DNA of 64,000 nucleotides from an uncultured Ignavibacteria bacterium (GTDB lineage Bacteria; Zixibacteria; MSB-5A5; CAIYYT01): NCBI GenBank assembly GCA_964592145.1, contig CAZQBX010000006.1, positions 32,789 to 96,788 of the forward strand, read 5' to 3'. Shown piece by piece: positions 54,755 to 64,000 of this stretch (position 1 is its first letter; each line of letters starts with the position of its first letter). The notes under the pieces were generated by a model. It saw only the letters and a program-made list of their open reading frames with translations, ran no database searches and was not told where the DNA came from. The position numbers and the translations under genes were made by a program.

Positions 54755-56971
54755 CTACCGATTGTTCCAGCGCAGCCCTGCATGGAAGGTTCTCCCCGGC
54801 CAGTAGCCGAACTCAATCTCGACTTCGTCGGTCAAATTCTCGCCGCGCGCAAACACCTCGAGATTCTCCCACACGCGTTTTGACACGCTCAAGCTAATAT
54901 CGCGCCGCGTCGGCGCCCAGACATCCGACTCAAAGTCATTCTGCTCGCCCAGCGGCACCCACAGCTTGCCCGAGTACCAGCTTCCCCACGCCGTCACCAC
55001 CAGACCGATATCATCGAAATGTATCGACGACAACAATTTCAATGCATGCTCCGGCCGGTTCAACAGCCAATGCCCGGTCTCGCGGTTCTTTGCCGTCAGC
55101 CAGGTGTACGAAACTGAAAAATCAACATGATGATTGATCTTCAATTCGCTTTGCCACTCAATTCCGCGCGTGTAAGCCTTGAACACATTCTGGTACTTGT
55201 AAATCCCCCGCCAGTACGTCGGCGAGAAACCGGTCAGATTGAACTCGATCATGTCATTAATGTCGTTGTAGAAGTAGGTAATCCGGTGCAGCCCGATTCC
55301 CTCATAACTGTATTCCAAGGACAACGAGCTGTTGCGCGATTTCTCCGGCCGCAGGTCCTCGCCGCCGCCGATCACGATATACCCCGCCGCCGAGTGGTCG
55401 AAACGGAAATACAATTCCTTGATTGAAGGCGCTCTGAATCCGCCGCCATGAAATCCGCGGATACGAAACCGTGGATGCGGGTTGTACATCACGTTGATCG
55501 AGGCATTGACGTGCTCACCGAAGGCGGAATGCTCTTCAAGACGAATCCCCGGAAGCATGGTGAGATTCTCCACCGGCTTCCATTCATATTGCATATACAG
55601 ATCACCGCTGGAAACTTCCTGCTTGCCGTCTTCAATCTCTTCCGACTCGAGCGACTGCGCGACAAAATCTCCCCCCATTGTAACCACATGCCCTTCCTTG
55701 TAACTATGCGTCGCACTCACCGAAGCTTCTCCCAGATAATCTTCAGTGCGAGACTTATCTGACAATGTGCCCGAAGCCGTGAACTTCTCCCAGAGGTGGT
55801 CGTAATATGTTCCGTACAGATTGACATCCACCAGCGTTCGTGGGTTCGGCTGGAACGCAAGTTTGCCTCCCGCCGAATATCGATAGTTGTTCTCCTCGTC
55901 GTCGAACGTAAATGTGATCGGGTCGATGTACTCCGATTCAATCCAGTTCTTCCGTTCGCGGAAGAAATTGCCGTTCACCGTCAGGTCAAAGGCCTTCGAT
56001 ATTTTCCGCGTCACCTTTCCGTCAAGATTAAACCGCTTGATCCGCTCCATACCGTTGGTGTGCGGCGTCGACTTATCCAAATCGAATCCGTCAGTGCGAT
56101 CAAATCGCGCTCCCACCTGGAGCCCCCAATTACCGCGTTTCGATTCCAGTTCGAGATTCTGCATGTACGCGTTGTAGGTCCCATACTCGCCAGCGCTGTT
56201 CAGCCGCAATTGCGCCTGGGGCTTGCGCGTAATGATGTTTACCACGCCGCCGATCGCATCACTCCCATACAGCGTCGAGCCCACCCCCTTGACCACTTCA
56301 ATCTTCTCGACATTCGCCAGTGATATCTGCGCAAGGTCTATTGCACCGCGTACTCGCCCGACCATCTTCTCGCCGTCAATCAATATCAATACTCGCGTGG
56401 GATCCAGGCCGCGCAGCGAAGCCCCGCTTCCGGAGAAATTGTTGTCGACGTTTATTCCCACTGCCGATTTCAACGCCTGATCAACCGTCGTTGCACCAGT
56501 CTGAATTGCATCCTCGGTGCGAATGACTTCCGTCGTCACTGGAACATCCTTGAGCAAATACGGCGTGCGGGTGCCGGTCACGACAACTTCGTCGTAGATG
56601 TATGTTCGCGGCGACAGTTCCACATTGATCAACGTATCCCGTTCACCGAGTTCAATGTCGAGGACCTTTGTATCGAAACTTACATGTGTTATTTGAAGCC
56701 GGTACTTAGCTGCCTTTTCAATTTCGATCTGATACCGTCCCTCAAGATCGGCACGCGCCTTCAAATCCAGTTCTTCCACGAGTATGTTCGCTTCCACCAC
56801 TGGCGAGTTGTCGCCGCTGGAAGTGATCTTTCCGCTCAACGTGACGCCGAACGCCGGTGCGGAAAAACCCAATAACAACAACGACAAGAAAACGGCGCGA
56901 AGCGGTCGCACCAATGGAAATGTACTAGGATACAATGGGTGAAATGTTCGAATAAGGAGTCGCGAATCCAT
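54755..56971 (-). CDS. TonB-dependent outer-membrane receptor with N-terminal carboxypeptidase-regulatory-like domain
   Basis: Start chosen at MDSRLL, followed by a signal peptide. It has a plug domain (DEVVVTGTRTP), a 22-strand barrel region and a C-terminal aromatic residue. Confidence 0.8.
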   Translation of the reverse strand: MDSRLLIRTFHPLYPSTFPLVRPLRAVFLSLLLLGFSAPAFGVTLSGKITSSGDNSPVVEANILVEELDLKARADLEGRYQIEIEKAAKYRLQITHVSFDTKVLDIELGERDTLINVELSPRTYIYDEVVVTGTRTPYLLKDVPVTTEVIRTEDAIQTGATTVDQALKSAVGINVDNNFSGSGASLRGLDPTRVLILIDGEKMVGRVRGAIDLAQISLANVEKIEVVKGVGSTLYGSDAIGGVVNIITRKPQAQLRLNSAGEYGTYNAYMQNLELESKRGNWGLQVGARFDRTDGFDLDKSTPHTNGMERIKRFNLDGKVTRKISKAFDLTVNGNFFRERKNWIESEYIDPITFTFDDEENNYRYSAGGKLAFQPNPRTLVDVNLYGTYYDHLWEKFTASGTLSDKSRTEDYLGEASVSATHSYKEGHVVTMGGDFVAQSLESEEIEDGKQEVSSGDLYMQYEWKPVENLTMLPGIRLEEHSAFGEHVNASINVMYNPHPRFRIRGFHGGGFRAPSIKELYFRFDHSAAGYIVIGGGEDLRPEKSRNSSLSLEYSYEGIGLHRITYFYNDINDMIEFNLTGFSPTYWRGIYKYQNVFKAYTRGIEWQSELKINHHVDFSVSYTWLTAKNRETGHWLLNRPEHALKLLSSIHFDDIGLVVTAWGSWYSGKLWVPLGEQNDFESDVWAPTRRDISLSVSKRVWENLEVFARGENLTDEVEIEFGYWPGRTFHAGLRWNNR

Positions 56972-57152
56972 ACAAAAGAGAGTACGGATTTCGTGAAAAA
57001 AGCGTGTCAAACGGCTGTCACCGCTTGTGATTTTTTTCAATAACTTGGCGATGGTCCGGCAAATTAGCAGTATTGCAAAATGCAATTCCCGGCTAAACCT
57101 GTTTTGGCTCTGCCGGGAATCATCAACGTGGCACTTTGTCTATATAATGAAG

Positions 57153-59312
57153 CTAAGCGCCCAATCCAAACAACAGGCCCAGCCGATAGATCGCAAACGC
57201 TGCCACCCACGGTACAGCCAGCTGCACCGCCATCCCAAACCACATCCACTTGGCGCCGATCTCCCGTTTCATTGCCGCCATCACCGTAACACACGGTGTA
57301 TACAGCAAGACAAACACGAGGAATGCATATGCCACCAGCGGCGTGATTCCACCCGCTTCATCGCTGATGATGTTCATCAACGATGTCGAGGTCTCATCGA
57401 CATCTTCACCAAGCTGGTAAAGCACACCCAGCGTCGAGACGACAACTTCCTTGGCAACAAATCCGGTTATCAGCGCAATGCCCATCTGCCAATTGAATCC
57501 GAGCGGCTCAATGATCGGCTGGATAAGATTTCCCAGCCGGCCAATGTATGAATGTTGAATTTCTTCCGTCTTCATCTGGCTCTGCAGATGAACAATCTGC
57601 ACCTGGGCCTCAGGTGTCGCCTGTTGCTGCAGTTCCGCAATTTGTGTTCCAAAGTCCTGCGAGTAGTTGTCAATCTGCGGGAACGCTCCCAAAAACCAGA
57701 TGACAACCGACGCCACTAAAATAACTTTGCCGATCTTGCCGAGATAGATCTTCGCCCGCTCCCACATCATCAGCAATCCGGTCTTGAACGTGGGCCGGCG
57801 ATACGGCGGAAACTCCATGAAAAACGGCGACTTGTCTTCCTTGAACAAACTCTTCTTCATCAGTCGCCCGAAGATCACCGCCACCGCTATACCCAATAAA
57901 TACAAGCTGAAAATGACATTGCCGGCGTTCCCCGCGAAGAATGCCCCGCAGAACAACACATACACCGACAAGCGCGCCGAGCACGACATGAACGGTATAA
58001 TCAGAACTGCCATGACCCGGTCGCGATGCGACTCCAACGTCCGTGTCGCCATAATCGCCGGCACATTGCAGCCGAATCCCATCAACAGCGGAATGAATGC
58101 TTTTCCATTCAGTCCCAGGACACGCATGAATCGATCCATCATGAATGCCGCCCTTGCCATATAGCCGGAGTCTTCCATCACCGCGATGCCAAGATACAGG
58201 ATCATGATGTTCGGCAAAAACACCAGCACCGCCCCCATTCCGCCGATCATCCCGTCGGTAATCAGTGCATTAATAACTCCTGCCGGCAGTAATCCGGAAA
58301 CAAACCCCTGCAGCGCCATTACACCCTGACTGATCCAGTCCGCCGGGTATTGACCGATCACATAGGTCGCCTGGAAAATCAACCACATGAAAAACAAGAA
58401 GATCGGATAGCCAAAATATTTGTGTGTCAGAAATGCGTCGAGCCGGTTGGAGAAGTGCATCCGCGTGTCACTGCCCCGATTGACCGCCGAGTCAAGCACA
58501 TCGCCGATATAACGGTAACGCGCATCCGTAATGGCCGTGTCCGATTCGTGTCCAAGATGCTTCTTGATCCGATTCTTCGACTCCGCCACTTGCGAATGTA
58601 TCAGCGTCCGCTCTGCAGGTGTCGGTTTCGCGAAATCGTCAATATTCACAGTATCTTCCAGCAGATTCACCGCATACCATCGCGGCGGTAGAGTATTACA
58701 GCTCGTGGATCCGACGGCATTCGAGATCTCGGCAATCTGTTTGTCAATCTCCCCCCCATACTTGATCCGCGGCGCAAACTCGGCAAGATTCTTTGTGTCC
58801 TGCAAGAACTCCACGGTCAGCTCCAGCAGCTCTCTGATTCCTTCCCCCTTGTGTGCAACCGTCTTGACGATCGGCCCGCCCAACAGCTTGGTGAACTTGG
58901 CCTCATTGATCGTGATTCCCTGCTTCTGCGCTTCGTCCCACATGTTGAGCGCGAAGATCATCGGAACACCCATTTCCATCACCTGCGCACTCAAGTACAA
59001 ATTGCGCTCGAGATTCCCGGAATCAATCACATTGATGACGACATCCGGCTTATTGTGAAGGATGAACTTCCGCGCAATCCGCTCATCAAGCGTTGCCGCT
59101 GACAACGAATACACTCCCGGCAGATCGACAAACTCGATTTCCAGACCCGCGCGCGTCAGCTTGGCGCTGCGCTTTTCGACTGTTACTCCGGGATAGTTGC
59201 CGACATGCGCCCGTGCACCGACAAGTCCGTTGAAGATCGAGGTCTTTCCGCTGTTGGGATTACCGACCAGCGCGACAGTGAGAGCCTTCTTCTCGACATC
59301 TATGTTCATCAT
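57153..59312 (-). CDS. feoB: Ferrous iron transporter FeoB
   Basis: 719 aa with an N-terminal G-domain (GNPNSGKTS, DLPG) followed by a polytopic permease domain. Confidence 0.9.
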   Translation of the reverse strand: MMNIDVEKKALTVALVGNPNSGKTSIFNGLVGARAHVGNYPGVTVEKRSAKLTRAGLEIEFVDLPGVYSLSAATLDERIARKFILHNKPDVVINVIDSGNLERNLYLSAQVMEMGVPMIFALNMWDEAQKQGITINEAKFTKLLGGPIVKTVAHKGEGIRELLELTVEFLQDTKNLAEFAPRIKYGGEIDKQIAEISNAVGSTSCNTLPPRWYAVNLLEDTVNIDDFAKPTPAERTLIHSQVAESKNRIKKHLGHESDTAITDARYRYIGDVLDSAVNRGSDTRMHFSNRLDAFLTHKYFGYPIFLFFMWLIFQATYVIGQYPADWISQGVMALQGFVSGLLPAGVINALITDGMIGGMGAVLVFLPNIMILYLGIAVMEDSGYMARAAFMMDRFMRVLGLNGKAFIPLLMGFGCNVPAIMATRTLESHRDRVMAVLIIPFMSCSARLSVYVLFCGAFFAGNAGNVIFSLYLLGIAVAVIFGRLMKKSLFKEDKSPFFMEFPPYRRPTFKTGLLMMWERAKIYLGKIGKVILVASVVIWFLGAFPQIDNYSQDFGTQIAELQQQATPEAQVQIVHLQSQMKTEEIQHSYIGRLGNLIQPIIEPLGFNWQMGIALITGFVAKEVVVSTLGVLYQLGEDVDETSTSLMNIISDEAGGITPLVAYAFLVFVLLYTPCVTVMAAMKREIGAKWMWFGMAVQLAVPWVAAFAIYRLGLLFGLGA

Positions 59313-59551
59313 TAGGTCGCATCCACTTCAATGAGATTCGCTTCCGATCTGCGCAAACTAACAAAAGCGCCGCGCAATTTGTAGGCGATCGGATCCGACA
59401 ATGGCGCCGAACGCACCATCGTCACCTGCTCGCCGCAGCGAAACCCGAAATCCATCAGACGATGCCGGGCAACGCCGTTGACATTCACCGCCGTGATACG
59501 CGCGCTTTCTCCCGGCTTTAAGTCAGCCAGAGTCAGCTTTTTGCTATCCAT
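59312..59551 (-). CDS. feoA: FeoA family protein
   Basis: ~79 aa SH3-like FeoA. Start chosen at MDSKKL, with GGAG 7 nt upstream. Its stop overlaps the feoB start. Confidence 0.75.
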   Translation of the reverse strand: MDSKKLTLADLKPGESARITAVNVNGVARHRLMDFGFRCGEQVTMVRSAPLSDPIAYKLRGAFVSLRRSEANLIEVDAT

Positions 59552-59615
59552 AAACACTCCAGACAATTTCGAGATTTAACCGTGACCGCTGTCACCATGA
59601 TGTCATTCAGCATTG

Positions 59616-60056
59616 CTATTTCGATCCAATCGCTTCGCGATATCGTCCGAGGCAACCGGGGTTGCCGCCGCCGCAGCCGTTCACCGCGTCGAGAAATAGC
59701 GTCAGGCGCTTCAGCGTACTGCGCGACAAACCGTGCTCCATCCGGCAGGCCTCTTCATCCGCCTTATTGGCATCCAACAGAAGTACTTCGGCTAGAAACC
59801 GCCGCAGTGTCCGGTGGACTGAATAAAGCTGCGCACCGAGCTTTTCGCCGTCGCTGTTCAACATGATCTTGCCGTAGTGCTGCTGGCGCACTAATCCGTA
59901 ACGGATCAGTCTGCTCACTGCCGTTCGCGCCGTCGGCACCGTGACATTGCGCGCACGCGCAATATCCGTAACGCCGACCGTGTCGGAATCGCGAGAAATG
60001 CGATAAATTGTCTCGAGGTAATCCTCGTCTTTGGGCGTCAAAGTAATCATATGCAC
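59616..60056 (-). CDS. DtxR/MntR/IdeR-family metal-dependent transcriptional repressor
   Basis: 146 aa with an N-terminal winged HTH (DYLETIYRIS...VGVTDIARARNVT) and a metal-binding/dimerisation domain with a C-terminal Cys-rich tail. Confidence 0.8.
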   Translation of the reverse strand: MHMITLTPKDEDYLETIYRISRDSDTVGVTDIARARNVTVPTARTAVSRLIRYGLVRQQHYGKIMLNSDGEKLGAQLYSVHRTLRRFLAEVLLLDANKADEEACRMEHGLSRSTLKRLTLFLDAVNGCGGGNPGCLGRYREAIGSK

Positions 60057-60061
60057 ACAAT

Positions 60062-60077
60062 GTAAGATTCGTCTTAC
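60062..60077 (-). promoter_or_regulatory. Candidate operator palindrome in the dtxR-feoAB promoter region
   Basis: gtaaga-ttcg-tcttac (6-4-6 inverted repeat) lies 6 nt upstream of the dtxR start codon, within an AT-rich promoter-like region. TTGACA is on the minus strand ~25 nt further upstream. Confidence 0.35.
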
Positions 60078-60179
60078 TTTGTCAAGAATATTAATTATTT
60101 TTTTGTGAAACTTTTCTCAATCGTTGTGGGGAGCAGGTCCGAATTTCGGGCTTCGGACCTGCGGGGAACTATGAGCTAC

Positions 60180-61643
60180 CTAGGCTTTTTGCTGTATCAA
60201 TGCGACGCGCCGGCGCGCCATCGCCTGCTGTAAGTTATTGACTAGATTGAAGTTGTGAGCTTTTTTGAAGTACTCCTGGCTGCGGTCTGAATCTCCCATC
60301 GCATTGTAAACTTCGCCGATGAGGTACAGGTTGTAGGGATTCTGCAGGTTCGCCTGCTTTAGCCGCGCCACTGCCTCATCCCAGTTTTTCTCCTGCATCG
60401 CGATAATTCCCGCCAACTGATGAGCCTGCCAGATCTGGAACCGGTTCTGCCCGGCTTCCGCTCGCGCTTGGTAGGCCGCCAGCATCTCTTTGGCTTTTGC
60501 CAGATCGCCGCTCCAGGCCGCAACTCGTCCGGCATCATATTGGTGATTGAGGCGCGCTTGGTCGGAAAGCTGCGCCGAATTATTCTCGGCCTTTGCTTGG
60601 AGCGTAACCGTCTCCTTGAACTTCGCAAGCGCATCCTCGTATCGACCCATCTCGATCAGAAGATTCCCCATCAAGTTGACGTCCCCCGACATTGCGGCGA
60701 AGTCATTCCTCCCGGCCGCAATGTCGTGCTGCTTCTGCAGCATCTCCAGTGCCAGATCATATTTCCCCTCATCGACATACGACACCGCCATACCATTGTA
60801 GGCCGCCCGGCGTTGTCCGTCGTTGCTGGCGATCTCCAGGAATTGCCGGAGTTTGGCGCGTGCGTCGTCGTATCTGCCGAGGAAATCAAGATTGGATGCG
60901 ATTCCGAAGTATGACGGCGGAAATGTCGGCTGTACCTTCAGCGCCTGCTCATATTGCACAATCGACTCCTCGAATCGTCCCAGCTTCATCAGCAGTTCCG
61001 CATAGGAGTCGTGAGGATTCGGATCGTCAGGAATAAGCTGGATATACTTCTTGAACATCGCTTCCGCTTCGGTATCGCGATCGGTGAAGCGGTATGCATA
61101 GCCCAGTTGATTACACACCGGTGAAAATGTCGAATCAATGGCGGCCGCCTTCTGATAAGCCGCAATCGCCTCCGGCCAGTTTTGTTGCCCAAAATAGAAA
61201 TTGCCCAACAGCGTATGTACCCGCTCATCTTGTGGTCGCGCAGCGACCAATCTCTGGAGCAATTGCAGTTGCTGCGTCGTATTTCCCGTAACGCCCGCAT
61301 CGAATGATTGGATCATCCATTGTTCGGCTTCAGTAGCGGAGGCCGCCGTCCGTCGTGCAGCATCTAAGCTCGCAAAAAACTCCGCCGCTCCCGGCGCCGT
61401 TTGCGACATCAACAGATGCGCTTGGGCAAAATTCGAGTCGAGCGCAATCGCCTGCTGCAACAACGCAGTTGCCTCATTCCCGCGCAATCTGTCATTCAAA
61501 TCGCGCGCCTGCACGAATAGCTCGCGCGCCTTTTCGGAAGTTGTCGAGATCGGCACCTTACCGTCATCAACCGGTTTGCTGGCACATCCTGCCAGAGCCA
61601 TCAACAAGAACACACAGAATACAATGTTAACAAGTTTCATCAT
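60180..61643 (-). CDS. TPR-repeat lipoprotein
   Basis: 487 aa with lipobox LAGCASK and >10 TPR-like 34-aa helical repeats. Confidence 0.7.
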   Translation of the reverse strand: MMKLVNIVFCVFLLMALAGCASKPVDDGKVPISTTSEKARELFVQARDLNDRLRGNEATALLQQAIALDSNFAQAHLLMSQTAPGAAEFFASLDAARRTAASATEAEQWMIQSFDAGVTGNTTQQLQLLQRLVAARPQDERVHTLLGNFYFGQQNWPEAIAAYQKAAAIDSTFSPVCNQLGYAYRFTDRDTEAEAMFKKYIQLIPDDPNPHDSYAELLMKLGRFEESIVQYEQALKVQPTFPPSYFGIASNLDFLGRYDDARAKLRQFLEIASNDGQRRAAYNGMAVSYVDEGKYDLALEMLQKQHDIAAGRNDFAAMSGDVNLMGNLLIEMGRYEDALAKFKETVTLQAKAENNSAQLSDQARLNHQYDAGRVAAWSGDLAKAKEMLAAYQARAEAGQNRFQIWQAHQLAGIIAMQEKNWDEAVARLKQANLQNPYNLYLIGEVYNAMGDSDRSQEYFKKAHNFNLVNNLQQAMARRRVALIQQKA

Positions 61644-61809
61644 CTTCTCCTCTTGTGGAAACGCAGGATTTGTGCGAAAAGGGTAATTACTTACTTATAT
61701 TCGTATGACGAATCAGGAAGTTGCGTGTTTAATGATTTTCAACTACCCGCTTGTCTAAATCGCAAGAATCCTCGCGACAATCGCACGCCCGTTATCGTAT
61801 ATTGGTCAT

Positions 61810-62499
61810 ATGAAGACTCTGGGACTTATCGGAGGTACCACCTGGGTATCGACCGTCGACTATTATCGCCTGATCAACCAAATGGTCAACCAACGCCTTG
61901 GCGGATTGAACTCTGCCCGGATGCTGCTCTACTCAGTCAACTTCGAGGAATTCCGCCCGCCCGATACCGTCGAGGGTTGGGAGAACGTCACGCAAAGAAT
62001 CATCGCCATCGCCCGCACCCTTGAACAGGGCGGCGCTCAGGGTTTAGTGCTATGTGCGAATACCCTTCACAAAATTGCTGATCGCGTTCAAGCCAGTATC
62101 AATATACCCATCATCCACATCGCTGAAGCCACCGCCGCCGAAATCGGCAAAGCGCAGCTCCGCAAAGTCGCTCTGTTAGGCACCAAGTTCACCATGCAGG
62201 AACCGTTCTACCACGACAAACTGCGTGCTCAGGGCATCGAAACGCTGATCCCCGAACAGGATGATCGCCTCTACATCCACGACGCGATTCTCGATGAGAT
62301 GGCGTTGGAGATTTTCAAGCCGGAGACGAAGCGGCGATTTCTGGAGATCATGACGCAATTACAGCAGCGTGGCGCGCAGGCAATCGTTCTGGGTTGTACT
62401 GAAATTCCAATCCTTGTCAAGCCCACCGATACGACCGCGCCACTCTTTGATACTACACACATCCACGCCCAGGCTGCTGTCGACTTCGCGCTGTCGTAG
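61810..62499 (+). CDS. Aspartate/glutamate racemase family protein (aspartate racemase-like)
   Basis: 229 aa with N-terminal LGLIGG(T)TW, a central Cys-containing region LVLCANTLH and a C-terminal IVLGCTEIP. Confidence 0.8.
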   Translation: MKTLGLIGGTTWVSTVDYYRLINQMVNQRLGGLNSARMLLYSVNFEEFRPPDTVEGWENVTQRIIAIARTLEQGGAQGLVLCANTLHKIADRVQASINIPIIHIAEATAAEIGKAQLRKVALLGTKFTMQEPFYHDKLRAQGIETLIPEQDDRLYIHDAILDEMALEIFKPETKRRFLEIMTQLQQRGAQAIVLGCTEIPILVKPTDTTAPLFDTTHIHAQAAVDFALS

Positions 62500-62539
62500 A
62501 TCGCGAGAATGGGTCGCAGATCCTACTGCGACGTATCAG

Positions 62540-63028
62540 CTAATCTCGGTAGCCCGCTGTCCGTATCACCCGCGTCCCGGCCACCAGATCTCCGACGCGC
62601 GTTCTCTCCCGCGTCACAAGAATCATAACTACGCCGAGTATGTTCAGTGCCGGCAAACCGTCAACCAGTCTTAAGAGATTTCTCTGCACTGACTTGTTGA
62701 ATCCCGGCACACCACCTTCCTTGGCAATCACCTTGATCCTCATAATCAGCTTGCCGATTGTTCGCCCAAAGTAGCCTTCAAGCACGACATAGTACGCCAA
62801 CATTACGATGAAGAAGATGATGCATAGAGGATCACTGATCATCCAGCCAAGCTGCCAAAGGTGATCAGAGGTCGCCATCAGCCAGACACCCTTCGCCATT
62901 TTGGTAATCGGGAAAAACACGATGCAGAAAACCGCGAGGTCGATTAACAGGGCGAAAAATCGATCCCGCAGACTTGCGAATACTTGTTCACTTTTCTCCA
63001 TACTCTTCTCCACAACCAGAAGAGCCAC
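62540..63028 (-). CDS. RDD family membrane protein
   Basis: 162 aa with 3 TM helices and the RDD-type motif (GRTIGKLIMRIKV). Confidence 0.65.
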   Translation of the reverse strand: MALLVVEKSMEKSEQVFASLRDRFFALLIDLAVFCIVFFPITKMAKGVWLMATSDHLWQLGWMISDPLCIIFFIVMLAYYVVLEGYFGRTIGKLIMRIKVIAKEGGVPGFNKSVQRNLLRLVDGLPALNILGVVMILVTRERTRVGDLVAGTRVIRTAGYRD

Positions 63029-63190
63029 CGGAAGCTATCACCAATCTTCACTTTGTGCGCGGCAGTCGTCCACGCCTGCCGCGTTTGTCGTCCCATGAAC
63101 GGGACTTCTAGTTGCGTCAGGTCTTGCGCCGAACCGATCCGCCCCGGCGGAGTGGATCGGTGTGTGACTTAATGCGAAAGCGCGTCCCGG

Positions 63191-63221
63191 GCATTGTCAT
63201 CCCGAGCACAGCGAGGGATCT
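63191..63221. repeat. Half-copy of the SFAALRMT-family palindromic repeat
   Basis: cattgtcatcccgagcacagcgagggatctg matches the left arm of the elements at 23137-23291 and 50212-50368. No partner arm is present. Confidence 0.45.
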
Positions 63222-63243
63222 GTTCACCCTGTCCCCTGCCACC

Positions 63244-64000
63244 TCACCCCCCGCAATACTTCGCAACAAACTCCTCCGTGACCACCCGCAGTGGCTCCAC
63301 CAGATACGTCACCGCTTCATCTGCAATCGACTTTGGCACTCCGCCGTAGAATGCCTCCGCAATTCCACCCGTGATACACGCCAAGGTATCACTGTCACCG
63401 CCAAGTGATATCGCCAACCGAATTGCATTCTCATAGTCGGTCGAATCGAGAAACGCAATGATCGCTTCCGGTACTGTCCCACGGCACGATTCGTTAAAAG
63501 TGTAGTACGGCCTGATTCCATCACACGTGCGATCGAGATTGTATCCAAAGTTCTGCTTGATGTATTTGCGAATCTCTTCCTTGGAGCTTCCCGTCCTCGC
63601 CAGAAATATCGCCGCCGCCGTCGCCTGCCCACCGGCAATCCCTTCCGGATGATTGTGCGTGACTTCGGTGTACTTCTTCGCCTGTGCAAGCACTTTCTCC
63701 AGCGAATCAAATGCAAAAGCCACCGGGCTGATTCTCATCGCCGCACCGTTCCCCCAACTGTTGTATGGCATGTTGTCATTGGATCGCACCCACCTTAAGA
63801 AAGACCCGCCGTAGCCACCATACGGAAAGCGAACATAGTATTGCTTCATCGTCGCAACATAATCGAGCTCTTTGAGAATCGTCTCCGCTAGCGCAATTGT
63901 CAGGATGCTGTCATCTGTGAAATGACAATCATCACCGAACAACGGAAACTCCGTCGTCTTGATGTTATCGAATTCATAAACCGATCCGACTATGTCACCG
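63244..64000 (-). CDS. ADP-ribosylglycohydrolase family protein (DraG-like), N-terminus beyond window end
   Basis: The reading frame stays open upstream of the tracker-assigned TTG start through to position 64000 (...GDIVGSVYEFDNIKTTEFPLFGDDCHFTDDSIL). It carries the FTDDT and GGDSDT motifs typical of this family. Confidence 0.7.
   Translation of the reverse strand, partial: GDIVGSVYEFDNIKTTEFPLFGDDCHFTDDSILTIALAETILKELDYVATMKQYYVRFPYGGYGGSFLRWVRSNDNMPYNSWGNGAAMRISPVAFAFDSLEKVLAQAKKYTEVTHNHPEGIAGGQATAAAIFLARTGSSKEEIRKYIKQNFGYNLDRTCDGIRPYYTFNESCRGTVPEAIIAFLDSTDYENAIRLAISLGGDSDTLACITGGIAEAFYGGVPKSIADEAVTYLVEPLRVVTEEFVAKYCGG

Noticed and set aside
1-64000. CRISPR arrays, rRNA genes, IS transposases, integrases, restriction-modification or known phage-defence genes
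   Set aside because: No regularly spaced direct repeats were seen. No transposase/integrase-like ORFs or rRNA-like conserved stretches were found. The repeats present are irregular palindromic elements, not CRISPRs.

Overview
High-GC (~57%) bacterial chromosomal segment, probably from an uncultured anaerobe. About 64 protein-coding genes and no rRNA, tRNA or CRISPR array were recognised. A minus-strand housekeeping block holds obg, dprA, ptsH, ptsI and a bifunctional PGI/PMI. A fermentation operon iorA-iorB-buk (indolepyruvate:ferredoxin oxidoreductase plus butyrate kinase) follows, then ettA. Next comes a cluster of DUF4398 lipoproteins and L,D-transpeptidases, and a cassette of hypothetical + RimK-like ATP-grasp ligase + GNAT. 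A putative nitrosative/oxidative-stress island holds a Crp/Dnr-like regulator, a NapH-like ferredoxin, a DUF438-hemerythrin-PAS protein and a DUF1858 protein; further on are NifU-like, rubrerythrin-like and a truncated TrxR-like flavoprotein. Also present are miaB, dinB, a split Ada pair (adaA/ogt), a GH57 glucanotransferase, a heterodimeric ABC exporter pair, suhB, a GGDEF protein, sod, a LolCDE/MacB-like ABC pair, slyD, a TonB-dependent receptor with an HmuY-like lipoprotein, dtxR-feoA-feoB, a racemase and a partial ADP-ribosylglycohydrolase. Most notable: (1) a stand-alone gene for a small secreted 8-cysteine peptide with its own promoter and intrinsic terminator, immediately upstream of a membrane-anchored CPPC thioredoxin-fold protein; (2) at least four families of intergenic palindromic repeats, one of which shows compensatory base changes in a 9-bp stem, and which flank and interrupt the iorAB-buk operon; (3) secreted proteins with C-terminal dockerin-like repeats and a giant Ig/cadherin-like lipoprotein; (4) a promoter-leader-terminator arrangement immediately upstream of the lipoprotein/L,D-transpeptidase cluster. 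All product calls rest on motif recognition by eye; no database searches were run.
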